NCBI GenBank assembly: GCA_963807205.1
Contig: CAWEAQ010000001.1
Span: 450,273 to 514,272, forward strand
Length of the DNA: 64,000 nucleotides
Source: an uncultured Solibacteraceae bacterium
GTDB lineage: Bacteria; Acidobacteriota; Terriglobia; Bryobacterales; Bryobacteraceae
Direction of reading: 5' to 3'
Shown here: in pieces, positions 8,904 to 17,816 of the stretch
Position numbering within the stretch: the first letter of the stretch is position 1
How the letters are laid out: each line of letters begins with the position of its first letter
The notes under the pieces: model-generated
The model's input: only the letters and a program-made list of their open reading frames with translations
Database searches by the model: none
What the model was told of the DNA's origin: nothing
Program-made: the position numbers and the translations under genes

Positions 8904-10229
8904 TTACAGGCGCACGATGCGTTCCGAACGGAACCCCTTGAGCGCATTGCGGGTATCCACGATCAGGGGAGCGCGTTCCAGCAGCGCCACATAATCGAAG
9001 GCGCTGTGGTCGGTGACGATCACCACGCAGTCGGCCTCGGCCGCAGCCGTCTCGGGCAGCGACCGCAGATCCAAGCCGTCGAGCGCCAATTTCGGCACTC
9101 GCGGATCGCTGTAGCTCACCACCGCCCCGCGGCGCTGCAGCAGCAGCATCACGTCGAGCGCCGGGGACTCGCGCATGTCGTCGATGTCCCTCTTGTACGC
9201 CACGCCCATGACGTGGATGCGCGTGCCCTTGACCGGCTTCCCCCGGTCGTTGAGCGCGTTCTGTACTTTGTCGACCACGAACTGCGGCATCTGCCCGTTG
9301 ATGTAGCCGGCCAGTTCGATGAAGCGGGCCTCGATGCCGGCCTGCCTGGTCTTCCAGGAGAGATAGAAGGGATCGATGGGGATGCAGTGCCCGCCCAGCC
9401 CCGGTCCGGGATAGAACGGCATGAAACCGAACGGCTTGGTGGCCGCCGCGTCAATCACCTCCCAGACGTCGATGCCCATGCGGTCGCACATCAGGGCCAT
9501 TTCGTTGGCCAGGCCGATGTTGATCATGCGGAAAGTGTTCTCCAGCAGCTTGACCATCTCGGCCACTTGGGTGGAACTCACCGGCACCACCCGCTCCAGG
9601 GCCTGCGAGTAGAACAGCCGGCCCATGGCGGTGCACGCCGCAGTGACTCCGCCAACTACTTTAGGGATGTTGACGGTCTGGTAGAGCGGATTGCCAGGAT
9701 CGACACGCTCCGGCGAAAAGCACAGGAAGAAATCGCGGCCCACGTTCAGACCCGACTTGGACAGCATAGGCAGCACGACTTCGTCGGTGGTGCCCGGGTA
9801 GGTCGTGGATTCCAGAATGACCAGCATGCCCGGGTGGAAATGGCGGGCGATTTCCTGCGTCGAGGACACGATGAAGCTCATGTCCGGGTCCTTGGTCTTA
9901 CGCAGGGGCGTGGGAACACAGATGTTGATGGTGTCGAGGTCGCGCACCGCGGCGAAATCGCAGGTGGCCCGCAAGCGGCCGGAGGCGACCAGCGGGGCCA
10001 GCACGGCGCTGGGAATATCGCCGACGTAGGAATCGCCGGCGTTTACCCGCCGCGTTTTTTCCTCGCTGATGTCGATCCCGGTGACGGGAAACCCGGCCTT
10101 GGCAAACTCCACCGCCAGAGGCAGCCCCACGTATCCCAGCCCGACCACTCCCACGCGCGCCGTACGGGCCCCGATCTTCTCCGCCAGCACCTTCGCCGTA
10201 CCTTCAGCCGCAATAGTCGTATCCGCCAT
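8904..10229 (-). CDS. nucleotide-sugar dehydrogenase (UDP-glucose/GDP-mannose dehydrogenase family; UDP-N-acetyl-hexosamine dehydrogenase-like)
   Basis: N-terminal Rossmann motif is VGVVGLGYVGLPLAVEFAKAGFPVTGID. Catalytic region is GPGLGGHCIPIDPFYL. The length of 441 aa is typical. Confidence 0.9.
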   Translation of the reverse strand: MADTTIAAEGTAKVLAEKIGARTARVGVVGLGYVGLPLAVEFAKAGFPVTGIDISEEKTRRVNAGDSYVGDIPSAVLAPLVASGRLRATCDFAAVRDLDTINICVPTPLRKTKDPDMSFIVSSTQEIARHFHPGMLVILESTTYPGTTDEVVLPMLSKSGLNVGRDFFLCFSPERVDPGNPLYQTVNIPKVVGGVTAACTAMGRLFYSQALERVVPVSSTQVAEMVKLLENTFRMINIGLANEMALMCDRMGIDVWEVIDAAATKPFGFMPFYPGPGLGGHCIPIDPFYLSWKTRQAGIEARFIELAGYINGQMPQFVVDKVQNALNDRGKPVKGTRIHVMGVAYKRDIDDMRESPALDVMLLLQRRGAVVSYSDPRVPKLALDGLDLRSLPETAAAEADCVVIVTDHSAFDYVALLERAPLIVDTRNALKGFRSERIVRL

Positions 10230-10345
10230 GAAACGTCATTCTCTCACACCCGGCTTCGCGGGGCTGCCTGCGGTTGATCTTCAAGTCCCGTGTTTTCGCC
10301 AAACTCCACTCCGGGCGGATGCCTCACCGGACATCGAAAGGACGC

Positions 10346-12286
10346 CTACTTCTCGAGCTCGAAATTCGCCGTTCGCATGGCGGAGACGCCGGATGCGGGC
10401 TGTATTGCCTTCACTTCCAGCCGGTAGGAACCGGGGGCCAGGAGGTCGACGGGCACGCTGAGCACGACCGGGATAGCGGGGTTACCGCGACGGACGAATT
10501 CGGCCACTCCAATGACGCCCAAATCTATCCGCTGGCGGCCCGTTGCGCGGTCGAAAACCCGAATCTGAACGGCCGGGGCGCCTCCGCTCTCTGGCGGCGC
10601 GAATATTTCCGCGTACCACCGGAGCGGCTCGCTCCGCCGGAACACGTCGCTCCCGGAGGGCACGATTCGGGTGGACCGCGCAATCAGGGGCCGGCGGTCT
10701 TCCAATAGGGAATCGTCGAGCGCGGAAGCCAGGTCTGCCACCGGGCGGACCTCCTTGGCCAGCGCCAGCGCGCTCATGGTGAAGCTCCGGCCGTCCCACG
10801 GTTCGATGGCAAGCGTCGCCTCGGCCTTGCCGAAGTTCTGCACGCCGGCGCTGAATAGCACCCGCAGTTTGTACTGGCCGGACGGCAGGTCCACCTGGTA
10901 CTCGTAGTGGAAAGGGTGCTTGCGGAAGGACTCGACTTCCTTGTCGTTTTCGAAATCGAGGTTCACGAGGTCGCTGAAGCGGCCTCCGACTTCGCCGTCC
11001 GGTTTATAGGCGGTGCCCACCACGCTCAACTCCGCGTGCGGTTTGCCCTTGACTTTGGAAAACGGAATGGCAGCGGTGGCGATCTCCATGGCGACGCTTA
11101 CCTTCGCAATGTTTGGCGCGGAGTAGAAGTAGGGAAGCATCATTGAGGCCGCCATATTGCCCTCGCTCGACGCCGCGCGGGTTTCGGCCGCTTTGCCGGT
11201 ATCCGCCGCCAGCGCTTCCACCCGTCTGGTGTTGCAGTAGCCTTGGCGCGCGCGCACCTCCACGCCGGGGCGCGCCACTTCGACACGCAGCGCATGGCAG
11301 TCGCGCGCCGATTCGGCCGGCGTGTATCCCAGATCGTAGTGCTCATCCTGGTCCTCGGCGACTTTGCCCAACTCGCCCGAGAGGTCGTTCGTCCTGGCCA
11401 GCACGCGGCCCCCGGTTTCCTCCGCCAGTTGCTTCAGACCCGGTTGGTTCAACACGTAGACGGCCACATTCGCCCGGTTACAAGTGGCGATGGCCGCGGA
11501 GAGGACCGAGATGTCCAGCGAATCGGAGCCGCCGAATCCAATCAGCACCAGGGACTTGCGGCCGCGGATGGAGGCCATGGATTGCGCCACCGCTCCCACT
11601 GCCCGGAGCAGGGACTGGCGGAGATACCGCGAGCTCTCCGTAGTCTGGGGCGCGGGCGCCTCCCCACCGGGCAACGTGCTCCGTGCGGCGACGGCGCCGG
11701 CCGAGATGACCGTGGACGGGGTGTTCCTCGACCTGTCCTGGCCACCACTGGAAACGCTCTCCCGCAATTGGGCGCCCTCCGAAGCGGGAATATCGGCCGG
11801 CGCGGCGGCGTCCCGCATGCCGTTGATCGCGGACACCAGTGGCACCGGGTTCACCGTGAAGTTCTGCGCGATGCCGAGAGCGCCATCGAAGTTCGCCACG
11901 GCCATGTAGCGGTCCGGCCCGGCGAAGGCCGTTATGAACTTCGCGGCGTCCCGGCGGACGGCGATCAGGTTGGTGTGAGAGCCGGAGGAGCTGTCGAAGA
12001 GCAGCAACAGGTAATGTTTCTGGGCCTTCTCCGGAGCGGCGCCGGAGGTCTCCAGCGAGAAGCTCGTGACCGCCTGCTCCTTGCCGTCATCCCAAACCCG
12101 GAAGTCCTGCGGGCCGAGATCGCGCACCGGCCTGCCGTTCTTGTCCCTGACAACGGCGTCCACCAGGACCAGGCGCGACTCGGTGCGAATCACCGTGGGC
12201 GGCCCAGCGGCGGTTTCCTGGGCCGGAAGCGGCGGACACAGCGCGGCGAGCGAAGCCAGCGCAGCCAGTGGGGCGGACATTCGCAT
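10346..12286 (-). CDS. secreted VWA-domain protein, acidobacterial VWFA-related type
   Basis: A signal peptide is followed by the family N-terminal motif IRTESRLVLVDAVVRDKNGRPVRDLGPQDFRVWDDGKEQAVTSF and then a VWA-like core (HYLLLLFDSS..). It starts 5 nt after the stop of the upstream paralogue. Confidence 0.85.
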   Translation of the reverse strand: MRMSAPLAALASLAALCPPLPAQETAAGPPTVIRTESRLVLVDAVVRDKNGRPVRDLGPQDFRVWDDGKEQAVTSFSLETSGAAPEKAQKHYLLLLFDSSSGSHTNLIAVRRDAAKFITAFAGPDRYMAVANFDGALGIAQNFTVNPVPLVSAINGMRDAAAPADIPASEGAQLRESVSSGGQDRSRNTPSTVISAGAVAARSTLPGGEAPAPQTTESSRYLRQSLLRAVGAVAQSMASIRGRKSLVLIGFGGSDSLDISVLSAAIATCNRANVAVYVLNQPGLKQLAEETGGRVLARTNDLSGELGKVAEDQDEHYDLGYTPAESARDCHALRVEVARPGVEVRARQGYCNTRRVEALAADTGKAAETRAASSEGNMAASMMLPYFYSAPNIAKVSVAMEIATAAIPFSKVKGKPHAELSVVGTAYKPDGEVGGRFSDLVNLDFENDKEVESFRKHPFHYEYQVDLPSGQYKLRVLFSAGVQNFGKAEATLAIEPWDGRSFTMSALALAKEVRPVADLASALDDSLLEDRRPLIARSTRIVPSGSDVFRRSEPLRWYAEIFAPPESGGAPAVQIRVFDRATGRQRIDLGVIGVAEFVRRGNPAIPVVLSVPVDLLAPGSYRLEVKAIQPASGVSAMRTANFELEK

Positions 12287-12291
12287 TGCGC

Positions 12292-14103
12292 TTACGGGAT
12301 CTCCACCGGGGCACTGTGCGCAGCCATGGATTGCCCTTCCGCGTCGCGCACCACCAGGCGCACGAAATAGGTACCGGGAGTGACGTTAAACGTGTTCCGG
12401 ACGGAGATGCCGGAAGCCAGGCGGCCTTTCAGCGTTTCGTCGCGCAGGCGCATTTCAACCACCTTCTGCGAGCCCGCCACGTAGTTGCCGTCGCGGTCGA
12501 ACAGGCCGGCGACTACCGTGAGGTCGTTGCGGTTCCGGTCGGCCTCTTTTCGAAACGGGAGTTGGCGCACGTCGATTTTGGCGGAGACCGAGAGCGTGGC
12601 CTCATAATCGCCAGTCTTGAAGAATTGGGTCTGCATGACTACGGGAATGTCGCGCGTCTCTGAGTGCGAGAAGAAGGCCTCCTCGATTTCCTCCTTGCTC
12701 TGTTCGGCGGGGTCGTTGGCGTAGCGCGGCGCGTAGTAGCCGCGGCGCGCGTCGAGGGTGACGCCCTTGGCGTTATGAAGCGAAACTCTCAGGGTGTGAT
12801 ACCTGCCATCCAGCTTTAGATCCTGGGGGGCGAAGCCGAGGACGTAGATGTACTCGGGCGCCGTGGCCAGGCGCGCGAACCCGCCCTGGAGGTCGTTGGA
12901 GTTCTCGAAGAAACGGCCGCCGGTGTTGGCGGCGATTTCAGCCATCACCTCCCGGTTGGCGGAAGCCTCGGCGCGCGCCTCCTGGGCCTTGATGGATATC
13001 GACGAATCGGTGGTGGCGGTTGCAGCGCCACCGTTAAGGGGAGCGCCAGGGGCCGTCAGGCTGCTAATCTGCGAGTTCATGGTATGCGCGCTGGCGTCCA
13101 GGCCGGGGGCGAGCGCATACAACGCGCGGGCGTCCAGCGAGTTCACCACGACATTGGCGCGCACCGCGCGCTCGAGGATGGCGGACTCCTCCTGGCGCCT
13201 GTCGGCGGTCATCACGAAGCCGCTGGACACAAGCACGATAGTCCGCTGGCCGGACATTTGGGAGAGTTTGCGGACCACGCCTTCCAAAGCCGTAAAGAAC
13301 GTATTGATGTTCCGATCGGCCAGATTGAGGATCGCCCTGGCGGAATTCAGAACCCTCCACGCGATTGCGTTATCGTCTTCGTTCGGGTCCCTCAGCGCGC
13401 AGGACCTATAATCCGCCATGGCCGCGGCGAGCGCCGCCACGTCGTCCCCGTTTGTTAAGGCATTGGCTTGGTAGACCGTGAGCGGCGGGCAATCGCTGGA
13501 CTGAACGATGCGGTTCTGAGGTCGAATGGCGAGCAGCGCCTTTTGCAGTTTCTCGCGGTCATCGGTGAAATCGACGCCGCCCTGGCCGGAAGTGGTGTAG
13601 ACGGCGGCGCGTTCGGCGGGCTGCATCGAATTTGCCATGTGCCGGAAGGCGGCATCGCGAGCCTGCGCCAACTGCGCGAAGCCGAGATTCACGTCGTCGA
13701 ACATGTAGGCGACGTAGCGTTGCGGCGGCGTGGGGGCCGGGGTGGGCGGCGGTGCAGACGGCGCGGGAACGGACGGCGCGGGCGCTTCGGCGGTCTCTCC
13801 GAATTTCTCCACCGAGAAGCGCGAGATGGTCTGGAGCTTGCCGTTATCGTAGAGCTGGAAATCCTCGCGCGACAGGTTGCCGACGGCGTGGCCCTGGGCG
13901 TCGCGAGCCACGACGGGAATCGAGACCAGGTTGACCTTGGTCCTGAACGTCACCTCAGAGTCCCTGGTGGTGACTTCCGCAGCGAGTTGGGCCGAGGGCG
14001 GCTGCGGCGCCTGCGCACGGCAAATCGCCAACGCAACGGACAGCCAAATACAAGCCACGCGGGGACCGCTGCCCCAGGTGGGCATCCGAAGTCTCATCGG
14101 CAA
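12292..14103 (-). CDS. secreted VWA-domain protein, acidobacterial VWFA-related type
   Basis: It carries the motif FRTKVNLVSIPVVARDAQGHAVGNLSREDFQLYDNGKLQTISRF and a VWA core (RYVAYMFDDVN.., ..TIVLVSSGF). It is first in a two-gene tandem. Confidence 0.85.
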   Translation of the reverse strand: MPMRLRMPTWGSGPRVACIWLSVALAICRAQAPQPPSAQLAAEVTTRDSEVTFRTKVNLVSIPVVARDAQGHAVGNLSREDFQLYDNGKLQTISRFSVEKFGETAEAPAPSVPAPSAPPPTPAPTPPQRYVAYMFDDVNLGFAQLAQARDAAFRHMANSMQPAERAAVYTTSGQGGVDFTDDREKLQKALLAIRPQNRIVQSSDCPPLTVYQANALTNGDDVAALAAAMADYRSCALRDPNEDDNAIAWRVLNSARAILNLADRNINTFFTALEGVVRKLSQMSGQRTIVLVSSGFVMTADRRQEESAILERAVRANVVVNSLDARALYALAPGLDASAHTMNSQISSLTAPGAPLNGGAATATTDSSISIKAQEARAEASANREVMAEIAANTGGRFFENSNDLQGGFARLATAPEYIYVLGFAPQDLKLDGRYHTLRVSLHNAKGVTLDARRGYYAPRYANDPAEQSKEEIEEAFFSHSETRDIPVVMQTQFFKTGDYEATLSVSAKIDVRQLPFRKEADRNRNDLTVVAGLFDRDGNYVAGSQKVVEMRLRDETLKGRLASGISVRNTFNVTPGTYFVRLVVRDAEGQSMAAHSAPVEIP

Positions 14104-14288
14104 CCTCGACGTTTCACGGAAGGGCGTGGGACGCCATTCGCGCCTAATCCGGAATTTCTATTATGGACTCCCAAGTCTCATTCAGTATATTCCATATCGC
14201 GAACCTCCCGTCTTGCGGGGGCGCGCGACATAGATCCATACCGCACGCCCCAGACAACGGGTGCCCTTCCCGGGTCATACTGGGAAGG

Positions 14289-15389
14289 ATGCGCGTGGTG
14301 GTAGACGCCGTGCCGTTGCTGATCCGCAGCGCCGGGGTCAAGAATTATCTCTATTACTGGATCACGCATCTGCGCCGCGCCGCCGGCACGGATACCGTGG
14401 ACACCTTCCCTGCCCTGGGCGAGTTGGGCCCGCTGCAACACGATGCCTCCGTGGCCGGACGCTGGCGCACGCTCACCGGCCTGGGCTCGCTGGCGCTAGC
14501 GAACTACACGCCGCTGCCGGTGCTGCGCCGGGCCGCGCGCAGGGCAGACGTGTTTCACGCGACCAACCTGGTGCGCCGCCCGCCCGCCGGTGTGCGGCTC
14601 TCCACAACCCTGCACGACATGACTTCGCACCTCATGCCGGAGCTGCATCCGCGGGCCAACCGGCGCGCCGATAGCGCCTACGCCGACCTGTTGCGCCGCG
14701 CCGATGGCATCGTCGCCGTATCGGCGTGCACCCGCGATGACGCCGTGCGCACGCTCGGCATCGCTCCGGAACGCATCACCGTGATCCACTCTGGCGTAGC
14801 GGAGGCGTTCTTCTCGCCCCCGCCCGCCGCCGTCGAGGACGTGCGCCGCCGCTACGGTCTGACGCGGCCCTTCGTATTATTCGTTGGCACGGTGGAACCG
14901 CGCAAGAATATCGAAGGCCTACTGGACGCCTGGGACGCCCTGCCGGCGCCGCTTCGCGAGGAGTTCGACCTGGTTCTGGCCGGCCCGCTGGGCTGGGCGC
15001 CGCCAGCCACCGCCGCGCGCGTCCGCGGCAAGCGCTATCTGGGTTACATTCCGGAAGCGGACCTGGCCCCACTCACCGCCGCGGCCGCGGTGTTCGCCTA
15101 TCCGTCGCTATACGAAGGTTTCGGATTCCCCGTCGCGCAGGCCATGGCGGCGGGCGTCCCGGTGGTGACATCCAACGTTTCCTCGCTCCCGGAGATTGCG
15201 GGCGATGCCGCCGTTTTGGTGGATCCCCGCAGCCAGCAGGAATTGCGCGACGCGCTGCTCCGGCTACTCACGTCGCCCAGCGTGCGCGCGGAGTTGGCGG
15301 CTCGCGGCCGATCTCGATCCGAGGGTTTCCGCTGGGAGAAATGCGCGGCGGAAAGCTGGGAGTTCTTTCGGAAGCTGGCGGAAACCTGA
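14289..15389 (+). CDS. GT4-family glycosyltransferase
   Basis: Trimmed to ATG 14289 (MRVVVDAVPLL..). The C-terminal GT-B signature is FVGTVEPRKNIEGLL...FAYPSLYEGFGFPVAQAMAAGVPVVTSNVSSLPEIAGDAA. Confidence 0.85.
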   Translation: MRVVVDAVPLLIRSAGVKNYLYYWITHLRRAAGTDTVDTFPALGELGPLQHDASVAGRWRTLTGLGSLALANYTPLPVLRRAARRADVFHATNLVRRPPAGVRLSTTLHDMTSHLMPELHPRANRRADSAYADLLRRADGIVAVSACTRDDAVRTLGIAPERITVIHSGVAEAFFSPPPAAVEDVRRRYGLTRPFVLFVGTVEPRKNIEGLLDAWDALPAPLREEFDLVLAGPLGWAPPATAARVRGKRYLGYIPEADLAPLTAAAAVFAYPSLYEGFGFPVAQAMAAGVPVVTSNVSSLPEIAGDAAVLVDPRSQQELRDALLRLLTSPSVRAELAARGRSRSEGFRWEKCAAESWEFFRKLAET

Positions 15390-15631
15390 CCCGCGCCATG
15401 GTCCGTGCCACGCGGATCTCGTGACGAAAGCAGGGGCCGCATTGGCGGGCAAGTTCGTTGAAGGCTGGAGGCGGTCCGAGAAGGGCTACTGGCGCGCCTT
15501 CGCCACGATCAAGCGAATCGAACCGATTCCCGGTTTCGACGGCTCCAAACGGGTGCCCCGCGAGCAGATCTACGACCGCCCGTGGCGTTCACCCATGGCC
15601 AAGGGTGCGCAACAAGTGGACCTTCGAGAGC

Positions 15632-15747
15632 TATGTGGGTCAGGTTTTCAACCTGCGGCGGGATTGCATCCCGCCTGGCCGGCACAGGCAAACGTTCGCG
15701 AGAGGCCGGTTAGAAACCGGCCGCGGGTTGAAAACCTGCCCCACAAG
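15632..15747. repeat. REP-like composite palindromic element (two inverted ~45-nt modules, four hairpins)
   Basis: Terminal inverted repeats are TATGTGGGTCAGGTTTTCAACCTGCGGC (15632-) and GCCGCGGGTTGAAAACCTGCCCCACAAG (-15747). Hairpins lie at 15641-15655, 15657-15675, 15704-15722 and 15724-15738. A related module is at 42398..42441. Confidence 0.7.
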
Positions 15748-15869
15748 GGCCTCGCGCCCAACCACGCCCGGCGTCACGCGGCCTCATTGGCGGATTGCCT
15801 TGGCGCTGACTTCCGTTTCGCACCCTGGGTGCGGCGCCGCCTTCTCCCCCGGTGCTATCTTTATTGGAT

Positions 15870-16646
15870 ATGCGTTTGCTGATCGTCGCCGCGGCGCTGG
15901 CCACCTGCGCCTGCGGCCCCGCTACCCAGGCGGAAACCGTCCGCGAGTACACCTACCATGTGGTGCATGCCTATCCCCACGACCGGCTGGCCTTCACCGA
16001 GGGGCTGTTCTACTGGAAGGGCGACCTATATGAGAGCACTGGCCTGGCATGTTGCTCCTCTGTCCGCCGGGTGAAGATCGAGACCGGCGAGATACTGCAG
16101 AGGATCGACCTCCCAAGGGAGTACTTCGGCGAAGGCATCGTCAACTGGAAGGATAAGTTGATTCAGCTCACTTACACGACCCAGGTGGGTTTCATCTACG
16201 ATTTTGCGACGTTGGCGAAGAAGGGCGAATTCCACTACCAGGGCGAAGGCTGGGCGCTTACCACCGACGGCAAACGCATCATCATGAGCGATGGCACGCC
16301 GCAACTGCGCTTCCTCGATCCCGAAACTCTCGCCGAACAGGGCCGCCTCACCGTGACCGACCGCGGCCAGCCGGTGACCAACCTGAACGAGTTGGAGTGG
16401 ATCAAAGGCGAGATCTACGCCAATATCTGGCAGCAGGACCGCATCGCCCGTATCGACCCGGTGAGCGGCAAGGTGGTTGGGTGGATCGATATGACGGGGC
16501 TGCTGGTTGGAGACGACCGGACACCCGGCGCCGAAGTCCTCAACGGCATTGCCTACGATGCCCAGCACGACCGGCTGTTCGTCACCGGCAAGTACTGGCC
16601 GAAGCTGTTCGAGATCAAGATCGTCCCCAAGCCCGCGGGCCAGTAG
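15870..16646 (+). CDS. glutaminyl-peptide cyclotransferase (bacterial/plant beta-propeller type), probable lipoprotein
   Basis: ATG 15870 gives MRLLIVAAALATCAC (lipobox-like). Strong family pattern: YPHDRLAFTEGL.Y..G.LYESTG......V....ETGE......LP.EYFGEGI......LIQLT......F.YD..TL...G.F.Y.GEGWALT.DG...IMSDG...L.F.DP.T..NELEWI.GEIYAN.W....I..I.P.SG.V....D..GL. Confidence 0.9.
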   Translation: MRLLIVAAALATCACGPATQAETVREYTYHVVHAYPHDRLAFTEGLFYWKGDLYESTGLACCSSVRRVKIETGEILQRIDLPREYFGEGIVNWKDKLIQLTYTTQVGFIYDFATLAKKGEFHYQGEGWALTTDGKRIIMSDGTPQLRFLDPETLAEQGRLTVTDRGQPVTNLNELEWIKGEIYANIWQQDRIARIDPVSGKVVGWIDMTGLLVGDDRTPGAEVLNGIAYDAQHDRLFVTGKYWPKLFEIKIVPKPAGQ

Positions 16647-16679
16647 AACCGGGCCGGGCCGCGGGTTCCGTGCGGACCT

Positions 16680-17813
16680 TCACTCGTTGACATGCACCAC
16701 CTGCGCCGGGGCGAAGCCGTTGAACCAGGTGGCCGAAGCGTTGCTGTAGGCGCCGATGTTCTCGGAGTAGACCAGGTCCTCGATCTCCAGCTTGGGCAAC
16801 ACCTCGGACTGCGCGATGGTGTCCATGCCGTCGCAGGTTTGCCCGAACACGGTGGCCATCTCCGTCTCGCCGGTCTTGAAGGTCTTGACGCGGTACTGGC
16901 AATGGTCGAACACGATTCCCGAGTAAGTGTGGTAGACGCTGTCGTCGATGTAGTAACACGTCTTGCCGTCGCGAAAGGCCTTGCCGATAACCCGCGCCAC
17001 GGCGGTGGCGGCGGTGGCTACCAGATACCGCCCCGGCTCGGCCAGGATTTCCACATCCTTCGGGAACAGCCGGCCGATCTCGGCGTTGATCTTGCGGGCG
17101 AGGGCGCCGAGCGGCTTCACGTGGGCGTCGTAAGCCACCGGGAAGCCGCCGCCGATGTCCAGGATCTTGATTTCGTGGCCGTGCGCCAGGGCCTCGCGCC
17201 GCACCTCCGCGGCGATGTTCAGAGCCCGCACGAAATTGTCGAAATTGGCGCACTGGCTGCCCACGTGGAAGCTCAGGCCTTCCACCACCAGGCCGATGCG
17301 AAAGGCCTCCAGGATAAGATCCACCGCCTCGCCGGAGTCGCAGCCGAACTTGGAACTGAGCTCCACCATGGAGCCCGTATTGGGCACCCGCAGCCGCAGC
17401 ACCAGCCCGGCCTGCGGAGCGTAGCGCTTGATCTTACATAACTCGTCCGGATTGTCGTAAGTCAGCAGCGGTTTGTACTGGTCCAGAGCCTGCAGGGTTT
17501 CCTTGGGCTTGATAGGGTTGGCGTAGATGATCTTGTCCCAGATGAAGTCCTGCCGTTCCTTCGCCGGCAGTCCTTCGATGTTCTTGTGGACCAGCAGGAA
17601 CTCGGGCAGCGACGCCACGTCGAAACTGGCGCCGGCCTTGTAGAGCGTGCGCACAATCTCCGGCGCCGGGTTGGCCTTCACGGCGTAGTAAGCCTGCACC
17701 CGCGGCAGCAGGCGGCGGAAGTTGGCGAAGTTACGGCGAATCGCCGCGTGGTCTATTGCTACCAGGGGCGTGCCGTGCTTGCGCGCCAGTTTGAGCAGAT
17801 CCTTCTTGGTCAT
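16680..17813 (-). CDS. type III PLP-dependent (group IV) ornithine/lysine decarboxylase-like enzyme
   Basis: PLP-lysine motif is AYYAVKANP, glycine loop is LDIGGGFPV, and the substrate Cys motif is FGQTCDGMD. It starts 4 nt after the stop of the DHS-like gene. Confidence 0.85.
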   Translation of the reverse strand: MTKKDLLKLARKHGTPLVAIDHAAIRRNFANFRRLLPRVQAYYAVKANPAPEIVRTLYKAGASFDVASLPEFLLVHKNIEGLPAKERQDFIWDKIIYANPIKPKETLQALDQYKPLLTYDNPDELCKIKRYAPQAGLVLRLRVPNTGSMVELSSKFGCDSGEAVDLILEAFRIGLVVEGLSFHVGSQCANFDNFVRALNIAAEVRREALAHGHEIKILDIGGGFPVAYDAHVKPLGALARKINAEIGRLFPKDVEILAEPGRYLVATAATAVARVIGKAFRDGKTCYYIDDSVYHTYSGIVFDHCQYRVKTFKTGETEMATVFGQTCDGMDTIAQSEVLPKLEIEDLVYSENIGAYSNASATWFNGFAPAQVVHVNE

Positions 17814-17816
17814 CGG

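Noticed and set aside
8799-10277. 492-aa ORF on the plus strand
   Set aside because: It is antisense to the nucleotide-sugar dehydrogenase gene, which is clearly recognisable. The translation is Arg/His/Gly/Ala-rich with no motif, the usual shadow ORF of high-GC DNA.
15458-16033. 191-aa plus-strand ORF spanning the REP element and the 5' end of the glutaminyl cyclase gene
   Set aside because: The translation is Arg/Pro/Gly-rich. It crosses the palindromic repeat and overlaps a well-supported gene in another frame.
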